A stretch of 64,000 nucleotides of DNA from an uncultured Acidobacteriota bacterium (GTDB lineage: Bacteria > Acidobacteriota > Vicinamibacteria > Vicinamibacterales > 2-12-FULL-66-21), in the NCBI GenBank assembly GCA_963764925.1, contig CAVXUR010000004.1, positions 425,478 to 489,477 on the forward strand, in the 5' to 3' direction. A model generated the notes under the pieces. It had not been told where the DNA came from. It ran no database searches and saw only the letters and a program-made list of their open reading frames with translations. Positions 28,148 through 37,185 of this stretch are shown here, one piece after another (position 1 is the first letter of the stretch; each line of letters opens with the position of its first letter). A program made the translations under genes and the position numbers.

Positions 28148-29846
28148 ATGCGCATCGCCGCCATCGATATCGGCACCAACTCGATCCACATGATCGTGGT
28201 CCAGGTGCGGCCCGGATTTGTCGTTCGAGGTCATCGATCGAGAAAAGGACATGGTCCGGCTCGGCGCCGGCGGTCTCGATGGCCGCAGCCTGACGCCGAC
28301 CGCCATCAGCGCCGCGCTGCAAACGCTGTCGAAGTTCAAACGGATCGCGGAATCGCACAAGGTCGACGAGATTGTCGCCTGCGCGACCAGCGCCACCCGC
28401 GAGGCCGATAACGGCGGCGACTTCATTGCCGAAGTCGACCGCCAGATCGGCATCCGCATCCGCGTCATTTCCGGCACCGAGGAAGCGCGTCTCATCCATC
28501 TCGCCGCAGGCTACGGCGTCGACATCGGTGCGACCACCGCCGTCGTCGTCGACATCGGCGGCGGCAGCGTCGAGATCACGCTCGGATCGGCGACACATCT
28601 GACGCTCGGCCGCAGCTTCAAGGTCGGTGTGATCCGACTCACCGAACGGTTCGTCAAGAGCGACCCGCTCAGCGGCGGCGACGAGCGCCGCCTGATCAAG
28701 CACCTCAACCGCGAAATGGGCAGCTATATCGACCAGATCGCCGGCAAGGGCTTCGATCGCGTGATCGGCACATCGGGTACGATCCTGAGCCTTGGCCTGA
28801 TGGCGGCGACCGACGACGGCGAGTCGCCCGAGGACGTACGCAACCTCAAGGTCAGCGCGAAGGCTCTCCATCGTCTTCGCAAGCACCTGGTCGAGTCGGA
28901 CATCAAGGAACGGCTCGCGACGCCCGGAATGGATCCCCGCCGCGCCGATCTGTCGGTCGCCGGATCGGTGCTCTTCGATACGATCATCCGCCGGCTCGGC
29001 ACCGACGCGTTCACGCTCTGCGACCTCGCCCTGCGCGAGGGCATCGTGCTCGACTACATCCGCCGCAACAGCGCCCGCATTCGCAAGGTCGAGCGCTACC
29101 CCGACGTCAGGCGTCGCAGCATCGTCGAGCTCGGCGAACGCTGCGGGTACTGGTCCGAGCATGCCCAGCAGGTGGCGAGGCTCGCACTGAACATCTTCGA
29201 TCAGACGCGGAGCGTCCACGGACTGTCGGACCGTGAGCGTGAATGGCTCGAGTACGGCGCGCTCCTGCACGACGTCGGCGTGCACATCAGCTACGAACGT
29301 CACCACCGGCATTCGTACTATCTGATCAAGAACGGCGATTTGCGCGGCTTCGATCCGCAGGAAATTGAAGTCATCGCCCTCATCGCGCGCTACCACCGCC
29401 AGGCGACGCCGAAAAAATCGCATGACGGCTACGGCGACTTGAAGGGGTCGGTGAGGAAGACCGTCAAGGTTCTCTCGGCAATGGTGCGGCTCGCCGAAGG
29501 CCTCGACCGCAGCCACGCCCAGGCGCTCGCCGGCATCGACTTGTACCCGCGCGGCGACGACTACCTGGCCCGCCTCCGCGCCACCGGCGACGCGGAGCTC
29601 GAGCTGTGGGCCGCGCACCGTCACGTCTCCCCCCTCGAAGGGATCCTCGGTAAACCGATCCGCTTCGAGGTCGCCAGCAACGACTACAAAGGACAGGTGG
29701 CCGACACGACCAGCCACTCTTCGGACAACGCTCATGCTCAACAACCTGACGACGCGCCACGAGTACCCGGGAAAGCTGTTCGTGGTCGAAGGCATCGACG
29801 GGTCCGGAAAGACAACGCAGCTGGCGCTGCTGGCGAAGTGGCTTAG
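28148..29846 (+). CDS. ppx: Exopolyphosphatase Ppx/GppA with HD domain (one frame change near 28211..28216)
   Basis: MRIAAIDIGTNSIHMIVVQVRP is followed, after the shift, by SFEVIDREKDMVRLGAGG. Later motifs are VVDIGGGSVEI, IGTSGT and the HD region LLHDVGVHISYERHHRHSYYLIKN. The last 35 or so codons overlap the next gene, so the true stop may be earlier. Confidence 0.9.
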
Positions 29847-30432
29847 CAACGCCGGGCACCCGGTGTTCGTCACCGAGTGGAACTCGTCCGCGCTCGTCAA
29901 GGCCGCGACCAAGTCGGGGAAGAAAAAGAACTCGCTGACGCCGATGACGTTCAGCCTGCTGCATGCCACCGACTTCGCCGACCGGCTGCTCTACAACATC
30001 ATCCCGCCGCTCAAGGCCGGGATGATCGTTCTGGCCGATCGCTACGCCTACACGGCGTTTTCGCGCGACGCCGCGCGCGGGGTCGATCGCCGCTGGGTGC
30101 GGGAGCTCTACAGCTTTGCCGTCAGGCCTGACCTGGCAGTGTACTTTCGGGTGCCGATTGAGGTGTCAGCCGATCGGCTCCTGGCGCGCCGGGTCAAGCT
30201 GAAGTTCTACGAGGCGGGCATGGACATGGGCTGGAGCAACAACGCCATCGAGAGCTTCAAGATGTTCCAGGGCAAGGTGCTCGAGGAATATGATCGGATC
30301 GTCGATGAGTTCGAGCTGAGCGTCATCGCTGCAAGCGGGAGCATCACGGAGCAGCAGCGAACCTTCCGCAAAATCGTCTCTCAACATCTCGCGATAGAGG
30401 ACACGAATGACGAGCTCGATGAGCTTGCCTGA
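29734..30432 (+). CDS. Thymidylate-kinase-like P-loop kinase, paralog 1
   Basis: KLFVVEGIDGSGKTTQLALLAKWL is a canonical Walker A. Other motifs are LLHATDFADRL and IVLADRYAYTAFSRDAARGVD (DRY). There is an unusual C-terminal FYEAGMDMGW segment. The frame is intact. Confidence 0.8.
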   Translation: MLNNLTTRHEYPGKLFVVEGIDGSGKTTQLALLAKWLSNAGHPVFVTEWNSSALVKAATKSGKKKNSLTPMTFSLLHATDFADRLLYNIIPPLKAGMIVLADRYAYTAFSRDAARGVDRRWVRELYSFAVRPDLAVYFRVPIEVSADRLLARRVKLKFYEAGMDMGWSNNAIESFKMFQGKVLEEYDRIVDEFELSVIAASGSITEQQRTFRKIVSQHLAIEDTNDELDELA

Positions 30433-31186
30433 GGCCGGCGCCAACGGCGGCGCCAAACCCGGCAGCTATTACGGCAACGCGATCCCGTATCTGCCGATCG
30501 AAGGCTATCCGGGGAAAATCATCGCGATCGAGGGGACCGACGGCGTCGGCCGATCCACTCAGATCACGCTCCTTCGCGAATGGCTCGAAGTGCAGGGGTA
30601 TGGCGTCATCGAAACCGGGTGGACGCGCTCGGAGCTGATGCAGCCGACCATCGAGCTCGCCAAGTCGAGCAACACGCTGAACAAACTGACCTTCGTCCTG
30701 CTCTACGCCACTGACTTCGCGGATCGGCTCGAGAAGGAAATCGTTCCGGCCCTCAAGGCCGGCTTCATCGTCCTGTCGGATCGCTACATCTACACGGCGA
30801 TGGCCCGCGCCGGCGTGCGCGGCGTCGATCGCACGTGGATCCGCAACCTGTACGGCTTTGCGATTGCGCCGCACCTCGTCTTCTACCTGAAAATTGACGA
30901 GAAGACGCTCATCCGCCGCGTCCTCAAGGCCCGCGGCATGGACTACTGGGAATCGGGCATGGACATGAAGCTCGGCGACGACATCTACGAGAGCTTCCGT
31001 GCCTATCAAAAGGCGCTCCTGAAGGAGTACGCCTCGATGTCCGACGAATTCGGCTTCCGGGTCCTCGATGCCCGGAGGAAAGTCGACGTCATCCAGGACG
31101 AGCTGCGACGCCAGATCGGTGCATTCCTGGCCGAAAACGATAGCAGCCGCGCAGAGGCGGCCGCTACCGCTCAAACCGCGCCATAG
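30407..31186 (+). CDS. Thymidylate-kinase-like P-loop kinase, paralog 2 (Walker-A Lys replaced by Arg)
   Basis: KIIAIEGTDGVGRSTQITLLREWL reads GxxGxGR-ST instead of GK-T. Other motifs are LLYATDFADRL, IVLSDRYIYTAMARAGVRGVD and YWESGMDMKLG. It overlaps paralog 1 by 26 nt. Confidence 0.75.
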   Translation: MTSSMSLPEAGANGGAKPGSYYGNAIPYLPIEGYPGKIIAIEGTDGVGRSTQITLLREWLEVQGYGVIETGWTRSELMQPTIELAKSSNTLNKLTFVLLYATDFADRLEKEIVPALKAGFIVLSDRYIYTAMARAGVRGVDRTWIRNLYGFAIAPHLVFYLKIDEKTLIRRVLKARGMDYWESGMDMKLGDDIYESFRAYQKALLKEYASMSDEFGFRVLDARRKVDVIQDELRRQIGAFLAENDSSRAEAAATAQTAP

Positions 31187-31196
31187 CGCAAGGCTG

Positions 31197-31214
31197 TTTA
31201 CACGAAATTTACAC
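31197..31214 (+). promoter_or_regulatory. Candidate Pho box TTTACAC-N4-TTTACAC upstream of pstB
   Basis: tttacac occurs at 31197..31203 and 31208..31214 (exact 11-bp phasing), 60-75 nt before the pstB start. Confidence 0.5.
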
Positions 31215-31274
31215 CGGTGAAATTGCGCGGAAACCGGGTCGGGATAGGCTGGTTTCGTTCGGACGTCCCCCAAC

Positions 31275-32117
31275 GTGACCCCCGGCATGACCTTGGCGCA
31301 GACAACTCCTCCACCCCTGACCGTCACCGTGAGGACGCCGTCCCAGCAGACGGTGGACCATCGTGTTTCGATCGACGTTCAGGCCCTGAACTTCTTTTAC
31401 GGGCCTAAACGAGCGCTGGAGGATATCAGCATCGCCATCCCGGCAAAGCTGGTCACCGCCTTCATCGGCCCATCGGGCTGCGGTAAGAGCACGTTTCTGA
31501 GAACGCTCAACCGGATGAACGACATCATCGCGGGGACGCGTGTCGAGGGACGCGTGCTCATCGACGGCGACGATGTCTACCGGCCCGGCACCGACGTCGT
31601 GGCGCTGCGTCGTCGGGTGGGGATGGTGTTTCAGAAGTCGAATCCGTTCCCGAAGTCCATCTTCGACAACGTGGCGTATGGCTTGCGGATCAATGGCCTG
31701 GCGGCCAATCGCTCCGACTTGCACGGGCGTGTTGAGGAGAGCCTGAGGCAGGCGGCGATCTGGGACGAGGTCAAGGATCGCCTTCACGACTCGGCTAACG
31801 CGCTCTCGGGCGGTCAGCAGCAGCGGCTGTGCATCGCGCGGGCGCTGGCCGTCAAACCCGACATCGTGCTGATGGACGAGCCGGCGTCGGCGCTCGACCC
31901 GATCGCCACCCAGCGTATCGAAGAGTTGATCTATCAGCTCAAAACGCAGTACACGATTGTGATCGTGACGCACAACATGCAGCAGGCGGCCCGCGTCTCG
32001 GACCGCACCGCGTTTTTCTGGCTGGGCCGCCTCATCGAGCACGGCCCGACCGACCGCATCTTTACCAACCCGGCCGAAAAGCTCACCGAAGACTACGTGA
32101 CCGGGAGATTTGGATAG
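31275..32117 (+). CDS. pstB: Phosphate ABC transporter ATP-binding protein PstB
   Basis: [79 protein letters not shown] and [17 protein letters not shown]. The start is GTG at 31275 or ATG at 31287. Confidence 0.95.
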   Translation: MTPGMTLAQTTPPPLTVTVRTPSQQTVDHRVSIDVQALNFFYGPKRALEDISIAIPAKLVTAFIGPSGCGKSTFLRTLNRMNDIIAGTRVEGRVLIDGDDVYRPGTDVVALRRRVGMVFQKSNPFPKSIFDNVAYGLRINGLAANRSDLHGRVEESLRQAAIWDEVKDRLHDSANALSGGQQQRLCIARALAVKPDIVLMDEPASALDPIATQRIEELIYQLKTQYTIVIVTHNMQQAARVSDRTAFFWLGRLIEHGPTDRIFTNPAEKLTEDYVTGRFG

Positions 32118-32118
32118 A

Positions 32119-32218
32119 GCTCTCAGCTTTCAGCTGTCAGCTTTCAGCCAGAAGGAAAGGCTGACGGGCGACCGAGCAACACCTAGAGCTGAAAGCTGAT
32201 GGCTGATAGCTGAGAGCC
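32119..32218. repeat. Inverted pair of 4-unit heptamer arrays (GCTNTCA / GCTGANA)
   Basis: The left arm is gctctca gctttca gctgtca gctttca gcc (32119..32149). The right arm is gctgaaa gctgatg gctgata gctgaga gcc (32188..32218). The arms are complementary except at the variable unit positions. The element fills the pstB-phoU spacer. Confidence 0.75.
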
Positions 32219-32227
32219 TTTGAAATC

Positions 32228-32908
32228 ATGCCCGATCGCATCGTTCCGCACTTTCAGGAAGAGCTCGAGCAGCTCAAGACGCGCCTCCTCGAAATGGGGG
32301 GGCTCGCGGAGGACCGGGTGCGTTCCGCGGTCAAGGGTCTCGTCCAGCGTGACGCGCCGATTATCGACCGCGTGCTCGCCGGCGACGGCCCGATCAATCA
32401 GCTGCACATCGAGATCGACAGCCGGTGTTTCAAGCTGCTGGCCCTGCATCAACCGATGGCCGTCGACCTGCGGGCGATCGTCGCCGCCGTCAAGATCAAC
32501 ACCGACCTCGAGCGCGTCGGCGATTTGGCGATCAACATCGCCGAGGCAGTGCGGCGTTACATGCGGCACCCGCCCGTCAAGGAGCTCATCGACATCCCGC
32601 GCATGGCCGACATCGCCCAGCGGATGCTGCGCAACGCCCTCGATGCGTTCGTGCGCCGCGATCTCGACCTCGCCCAAAGCGTCCTCAACGAGGACGACAC
32701 GCTCGATGCGCTGAAGACGCAGGTCTTTCGCGAGCTCCTGACTTACATGCTCCAGGACACGCACACGATTGAGCCGTCGCTCGACTTGATCCTCATCTCC
32801 CGCCACCTCGAGCGGATCGGCGACCATGCCACCAACGTCGCCGAAGACGTCATCTTCATGGTGTCGGCCAGGGACGTGCGGCACCACGCAGGCGAAGTCG
32901 AGGCGTAG
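32228..32908 (+). CDS. phoU: Phosphate signalling complex protein PhoU
   Basis: Two PhoU repeats: [17 protein letters not shown] and [22 protein letters not shown]. It is 226 aa with an intact frame. Confidence 0.95.
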   Translation: MPDRIVPHFQEELEQLKTRLLEMGGLAEDRVRSAVKGLVQRDAPIIDRVLAGDGPINQLHIEIDSRCFKLLALHQPMAVDLRAIVAAVKINTDLERVGDLAINIAEAVRRYMRHPPVKELIDIPRMADIAQRMLRNALDAFVRRDLDLAQSVLNEDDTLDALKTQVFRELLTYMLQDTHTIEPSLDLILISRHLERIGDHATNVAEDVIFMVSARDVRHHAGEVEA

Positions 32909-32910
32909 CA

Positions 32911-33001
32911 GGGCTCTCGGCTCTGGGCTCTGGGCTCAAGCAAAACCCTCGTTTGGGGGCTCCAAGCTCGTGCCAGAGCCCAGAGCCGAGAGCCCTGAGC
33001 C
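32911..33001. repeat. Inverted pair of heptamer arrays (GGCTCTN / NAGAGCC)
   Basis: The left arm is gggctct cggctct gggctct gggctca (from 32911, 3 nt after the phoU TAG). The right arm is cagagcc cagagcc gagagcc ctgagcc (to 33001). The arms are almost perfectly complementary. Confidence 0.75.
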
Positions 33002-33041
33002 TTTCTGCATTTCCCCCCGCCGATTGATACAATGGCCGCGT

Positions 33042-33230
33042 TTGGCGGAGTCCGAATCCCTCTGCGTGTACTGCCGTCGTCAGCGGATCGACCCGGCGTG
33101 GCGGCCCTTCTGCAGCGAACGGTGCCGGATGGCGGACTTGGGCCGCTGGCTCAACGAGGACTACCGGGTGCCGGACGAGCCCCTGATGGACCAACCAACA
33201 GATGACGAGCCCGAAGACGATCTCCAATAA
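33042..33230 (+). CDS. yacG: DNA gyrase inhibitor YacG (zinc finger)
   Basis: [36 protein letters not shown] is followed by an acidic tail. The start is assigned to TTG at 33042. A nearby out-of-frame ATG (33032) may be the true start if there is an indel. Confidence 0.7.
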   Translation: MAESESLCVYCRRQRIDPAWRPFCSERCRMADLGRWLNEDYRVPDEPLMDQPTDDEPEDDLQ

Positions 33231-33252
33231 CGCGACCGGACAGATATCCCGC

Positions 33253-34540
33253 ATGGCCGACACGCTGACCATTACCGACAACCGTACCGGCAAGCAGTAC
33301 CGAGATTCCTATTCAGGACGGCACGATTCGGGCCATGGACCTGCGTCAGATCAAGGTCGTCCCCGAAGAGTTCGGGATGATGACCTACGACCCGGCGCTC
33401 ATGAACACCGCCGCGTGCCGCAGCCGGATTACCTACATCGACGGCGACAAGGGAGTGCTCCTCTATCGAGGCTATCCGATCGAGCAGCTGGCCGAGCGCA
33501 GCGACTTTCTCGAGACCGCGTTTCTCATCCTGTTCGGCGAGCTGCCCACTGAAGCCGAGCACCGGCAGTGGACCCGCGACATCACGCAGCACACGATGCT
33601 GCACACCAACATCTCCAAGCTGATGGAGGGGTTCCAGTACGACGCGCACCCGATGGGGATGTTCATCAGCACGGTCGGTGCGCTGTCGACGTTCTACCCC
33701 GACGCCAAGAACATCTTTTCGAACGAGTCGCGGCGTCTGCAGACGATCCGGCTGATTGCCAAGGTCCCGACGATTGCCGCCTACGCCTACCGGCACTCGA
33801 TCGGCCGGCCCTACAACCTGCCCGACAACGATCTGACCTACGCCGGCAACTTCCTGAACATGTTGTTCAGGATGACCGAGACGAAATACCAGGTGAGCCC
33901 GGTGCTCGAGCGCGCGCTCGACGTCCTCTTCATCCTGCACGTCGATCACGAGCAGAATTGCAGCACCAGCACGATGCGAAACATCGGCAGCTCGCACGCC
34001 GACCCGTACTCCTCGCTCGCCGGCGCGGCGGCGGCTCTGTACGGCCCGCTGCACGGTGGCGCGAACGAGGCCGTCCTGCGGATGCTGACCGAGATCGGCT
34101 CGCTCAAGAACGTGCCGGCCTTCATCAAGCGGATCAAGGGCGGAGATGGCCGATTGATGGGTTTCGGACACCGCGTGTACAAGTCCTACGACCCGCGGGC
34201 GGCCATCATCAAGCGGATCGCCGATCTCGTGTTCGAGGTGACGGGCAAGAACCCGTTGCTCGAGATCGCGCTGGAACTCGAGCGCATCGCGCTCGAAGAC
34301 GAATACTTCGTGACCCGGAAGCTCTATCCGAACGTGGACTTCTACTCGGGGTTGATTTACCAGGCGATGGGCTTTCCCGTCGACATGTTCCCGGTGCTCT
34401 TCGCCATCCCGCGCACGGCAGGCTGGGTCGCACAGTGGGAGGAAATGCTCCTCGACCCGGACCAGAAGATCGCCCGGCCGCGTCAGATTTACATCGGGTC
34501 GGCCAAGCGGGACTACGTCCCGCGCGAAAAGCGGCGCTGA
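33253..34540 (+). CDS. gltA: Citrate synthase (one frame change near 33300)
   Basis: MADTLTITDNRTGKQY is followed, after the shift, by MDLRQIKVVPEEFGMMTYDPALMNTAACRSRITYIDGDKGVLLYRGYPIEQL. Later motifs are LFILHVDHEQNCSTS, GPLHGGANE and GFGHRVYK. Confidence 0.95.
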
Positions 34541-34567
34541 CCGGCCTCGCTGCGCGTCCAGACGCCC

Positions 34568-35511
34568 ATGCCAGGCATGACACGCGGAAGTCACTTCGCG
34601 GTTCCCGTCATCTCAGCGCTCGCCGTCGCGATCGCTCTCGTCGCCGGCCTCGGCTGCGTCCGGGCGCAGACGCCCTCGGCGGCCGCGCCGTCGTTTGACG
34701 GCGCGCGCGCCTTCGAGCACGTCCGGCGCCTGGTCGACATCGGCCCGCGCGTCGCCGGAACGGCCGGCGCCAGGCAGGCGCGCAACTACATCACGAGTCA
34801 GACTCAAGACGATCGGCGTCGCCGTCGAAGAACAGCGGTTCGAGGCCACGACGCCGGCTGGCCCGGTGGAGATGGTGAACCTCCGCGCCACCATTCCCGG
34901 CGCCACGCCCGGACCCGACCGCCTCATCATCGCCGGCCACTACGACACCAAACGGTTCCGGGAGTTCAAGTTCGTCGGCGCCAACGACGCCGGCTCGAGC
35001 ACCGCGTTCCTCATCGAGATGGCGCGCGTGCTCAAGCCGCGCGCCAATGCGCTGGCCGATCGAACTCCTCTTCCTCGACGGCGAGGAAGCCGTCGTGGAA
35101 TGGCAGGGCACCGATCACACCTATGGGAGCCGACACTACGTCGATGCCGCCCGCAAGGCCGGTGCGCTCGGACAGATCCGCGCGCTCGTCCTGGTCGACA
35201 TGATCGGCGATCGCGACCTCGGGATCTCCCGCGAGTCCAACTCCACAGCCTGGCTGACCGACCTCATCTGGGCGGCGGCGCAACGGCTCGGGCGGCGCGA
35301 GTTCCTGGACCGCGAGACGGCGATCGAAGATGACCACCTGCCGTTCCTTGAGGCGGGCGTGGCGGCCGTCGACATCATCGACCTCGACTACCCCGCCTGG
35401 CACACGGCGGCAGACACCCTCGACAAAGTCTCCGCGCAATCGCTACAGGCCGTCGGCGACGTGCTCCTGGCGGCGCTCCCGGAGATCGAGAAGCGGTTGC
35501 TCAAGCCGTAG
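34568..35511 (+). CDS. M28-family peptidase / glutaminyl-cyclase-like (at least 2 frame changes)
   Basis: A signal-like N-terminus is followed by AFEHVRRLVDIGPRVAGTAGARQARNYI, LIIAGHYDT, GANDAGSSTAFLIEMAR, LLFLDGEEAV, LVDMIGD and EDDHLPFLEAGVAAVDIID. Confidence 0.8.
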
Positions 35512-35580
35512 GCGCTCGAGTTTGAGAGCGCAGTTTGCTTGACGGGGCGCGAGCCACACCCCAAGGACAGCGGCGCGCCA

Positions 35581-35669
35581 AAGCCTTTTCACCGCCGAGA
35601 ACGCCGAGGCCGCAGAGAAGACAATAAGTGCGGGTCTGCGGGCTCTGCGGGCTCTGCGGTAGAAGGCTT
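35581..35669. repeat. Inverted pair of 9-nt-period arrays (CGCCGAGNN / TGCGGGCTC)
   Basis: The left arm is aagcctt..caccgccgag aacgccgag gccgcagag. The right arm is gtgcgggtc tgcgggctc tgcgggctc tgcgg..aaggctt. The outer stem is aagcctt/aaggctt. It lies between convergent genes. Confidence 0.65.
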
Positions 35670-35701
35670 TTGGCAGGGAGGAGCGCGGATGGGACTCAGG
35701 C

Positions 35702-36904
35702 CTAGAAACAGAGCGCGCGGATCTCGGCTTCCTCGAGCACCGCCGTCGACGCCTTGGCCTTCGCAAAAATCCGCTCGACGATTTCGTCGGTTACCGGCAG
35801 TCCGCGCTTCTCGAGCCAGAACACCACGTTCGACTTCCCGGACATCGGACCGATCTCGATTTCCTGCTCGCGGCCGACCATACTCGCCGGCACTCCGGAA
35901 TAGACGGCATCTACGAGCGCCCGATCCTTCTTCCGGAACGCCTTGATCACGGCCGCGGCGTGGACGCCGGTAGCCGTCCGGAAGGCGTCGCGTCCAACGA
36001 CGGGATAGTTCGGCGGAATCGCCACGCCGGTCGCAGCCGAGACGGCCTCGCAATACTCGACGAGGGCGGCGAGGTCGCGCTCGATGTAGCCCATCAGCAC
36101 GAGGTTGACGAGCAGCATGTCCATCGGCGTATTGCCGACGCGCTCGCCGATCCCGATGCCCGCGCCGTGGAGCCGTGTCGCGCCGGCGTCGAGCGCGGCA
36201 AGCGAGTTGATGACCGCGAGGTCCCGGTCGCGATGGCCGTGCCAGTCGATCCCGACGCCCCCGCCGCACTCCTCGACCACCGTCGCCACGAAGCGGACGA
36301 CCGCGGCGGCGCCCGCCGGCGTCGCGTGGCCGACGGTATCGGCAATGCACACCCGGGTCGCGCCCGCGCGAATCGCCGTCGAATAAAGCCGCCGCAGCGT
36401 CTCGGGATCCGCGCGCGTCGTGTCTTCGGTCACATAGAGAACAGGCAGGCCTTCGCGAACCGCGAAGCTGATCGCCTCTTCCGTCAGCTTGAGGAGCTGA
36501 TCGATTCCCCACCCTTCGGCGTACTGCCGAAGCGGGCTCGACCCGATGAACGCGCCGCATTCAATCGGGATGCCGACCCGCTGCGAGATCTCGACGATCG
36601 GCTTGATGTCGGCGACGAGCGTTCGCGCCGCGCAGTTGGCCGCCAGGCCCAGCCGCTGGTCGACGATCTCGCGCGCCAGACGCTCGACGTCGCGAACGAC
36701 GTGCGGACCTGCCCCGGGCAAGCCGAGGTCCGCCGTGTCGATCCCCAACGCGTCGATGAGGTGCAGAATCCGCAGCTTCTCCTCGATCGTCGGACATTTC
36801 ACGGACGGCGACTGCAGGCCATCCCTCAACGTCTCGTCGTCGAGGAGCACGGTCGCAGGCGCGCGATCGCCAGTCGCGTTCCAGTCGTAGATCAGGGGGT
36901 GCAT
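35702..36904 (-). CDS. LeuA/HMGL-like aldolase-family protein (2-isopropylmalate/homocitrate-synthase-like, no LeuA C-terminal regulatory domain)
   Basis: The Met at 36904 gives MHPLIYDW... Motifs include LLDDETLRDGLQSP, YVTEDTTRAD, IADTVGHATP and IDWHGHRDRDLAVINSLAALDAGA. It is about 400 aa with an intact frame. Confidence 0.8.
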   Translation of the reverse strand: MHPLIYDWNATGDRAPATVLLDDETLRDGLQSPSVKCPTIEEKLRILHLIDALGIDTADLGLPGAGPHVVRDVERLAREIVDQRLGLAANCAARTLVADIKPIVEISQRVGIPIECGAFIGSSPLRQYAEGWGIDQLLKLTEEAISFAVREGLPVLYVTEDTTRADPETLRRLYSTAIRAGATRVCIADTVGHATPAGAAAVVRFVATVVEECGGGVGIDWHGHRDRDLAVINSLAALDAGATRLHGAGIGIGERVGNTPMDMLLVNLVLMGYIERDLAALVEYCEAVSAATGVAIPPNYPVVGRDAFRTATGVHAAAVIKAFRKKDRALVDAVYSGVPASMVGREQEIEIGPMSGKSNVVFWLEKRGLPVTDEIVERIFAKAKASTAVLEEAEIRALCF

Positions 36905-37185
36905 GGCGGACGGCGGTTCCACATGAGACGGACCGTGATCATGCCGGCGAGGAGCAGGATGCTGGCCCAGAGCGTCGACACCCAGGCCGCATCGCGGACG
37001 GCCACGTCCATCGCCGTCGTCAGGTCGAGCCACGGTCCACGGCCGGCCTGGTGCAGCGCCTGCCTGAACAGGTAGGTCTGAGTGCTGCGCGCGAGCAGCA
37101 GGTCGTAGAGTCCGTTCCAGACGACGACGGCAACTGCGAGCCAGAGGCAGACGGCGATCCGTTCCCGCCGTCCGAGCCCGGTCAT
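36892..37185 (-). CDS. Hypothetical small membrane protein
   Basis: The ORF has two hydrophobic helices (IAVCLWLAVAVVVWNGLYDLLL; STLWASILLLAGMITV). Its start overlaps the PP2C stop (ATGA) and its 3' end overlaps the LeuA-like start by 13 nt. Confidence 0.4.
   Translation of the reverse strand: MTGLGRRERIAVCLWLAVAVVVWNGLYDLLLARSTQTYLFRQALHQAGRGPWLDLTTAMDVAVRDAAWVSTLWASILLLAGMITVRLMWNRRPPCTP

Noticed and set aside
28119-29969. 616-aa ORF on the minus strand
   Set aside because: It is antisense to the clearly recognisable ppx and Tmk-like genes. Its composition is Arg/Ala/Asp/Gly-rich with no recognisable motifs, which is typical of an open antisense frame in high-GC DNA.
33272-34594. 440-aa ORF on the minus strand
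   Set aside because: It is antisense to citrate synthase, has the same high-GC artefact composition, and shows no family signature.
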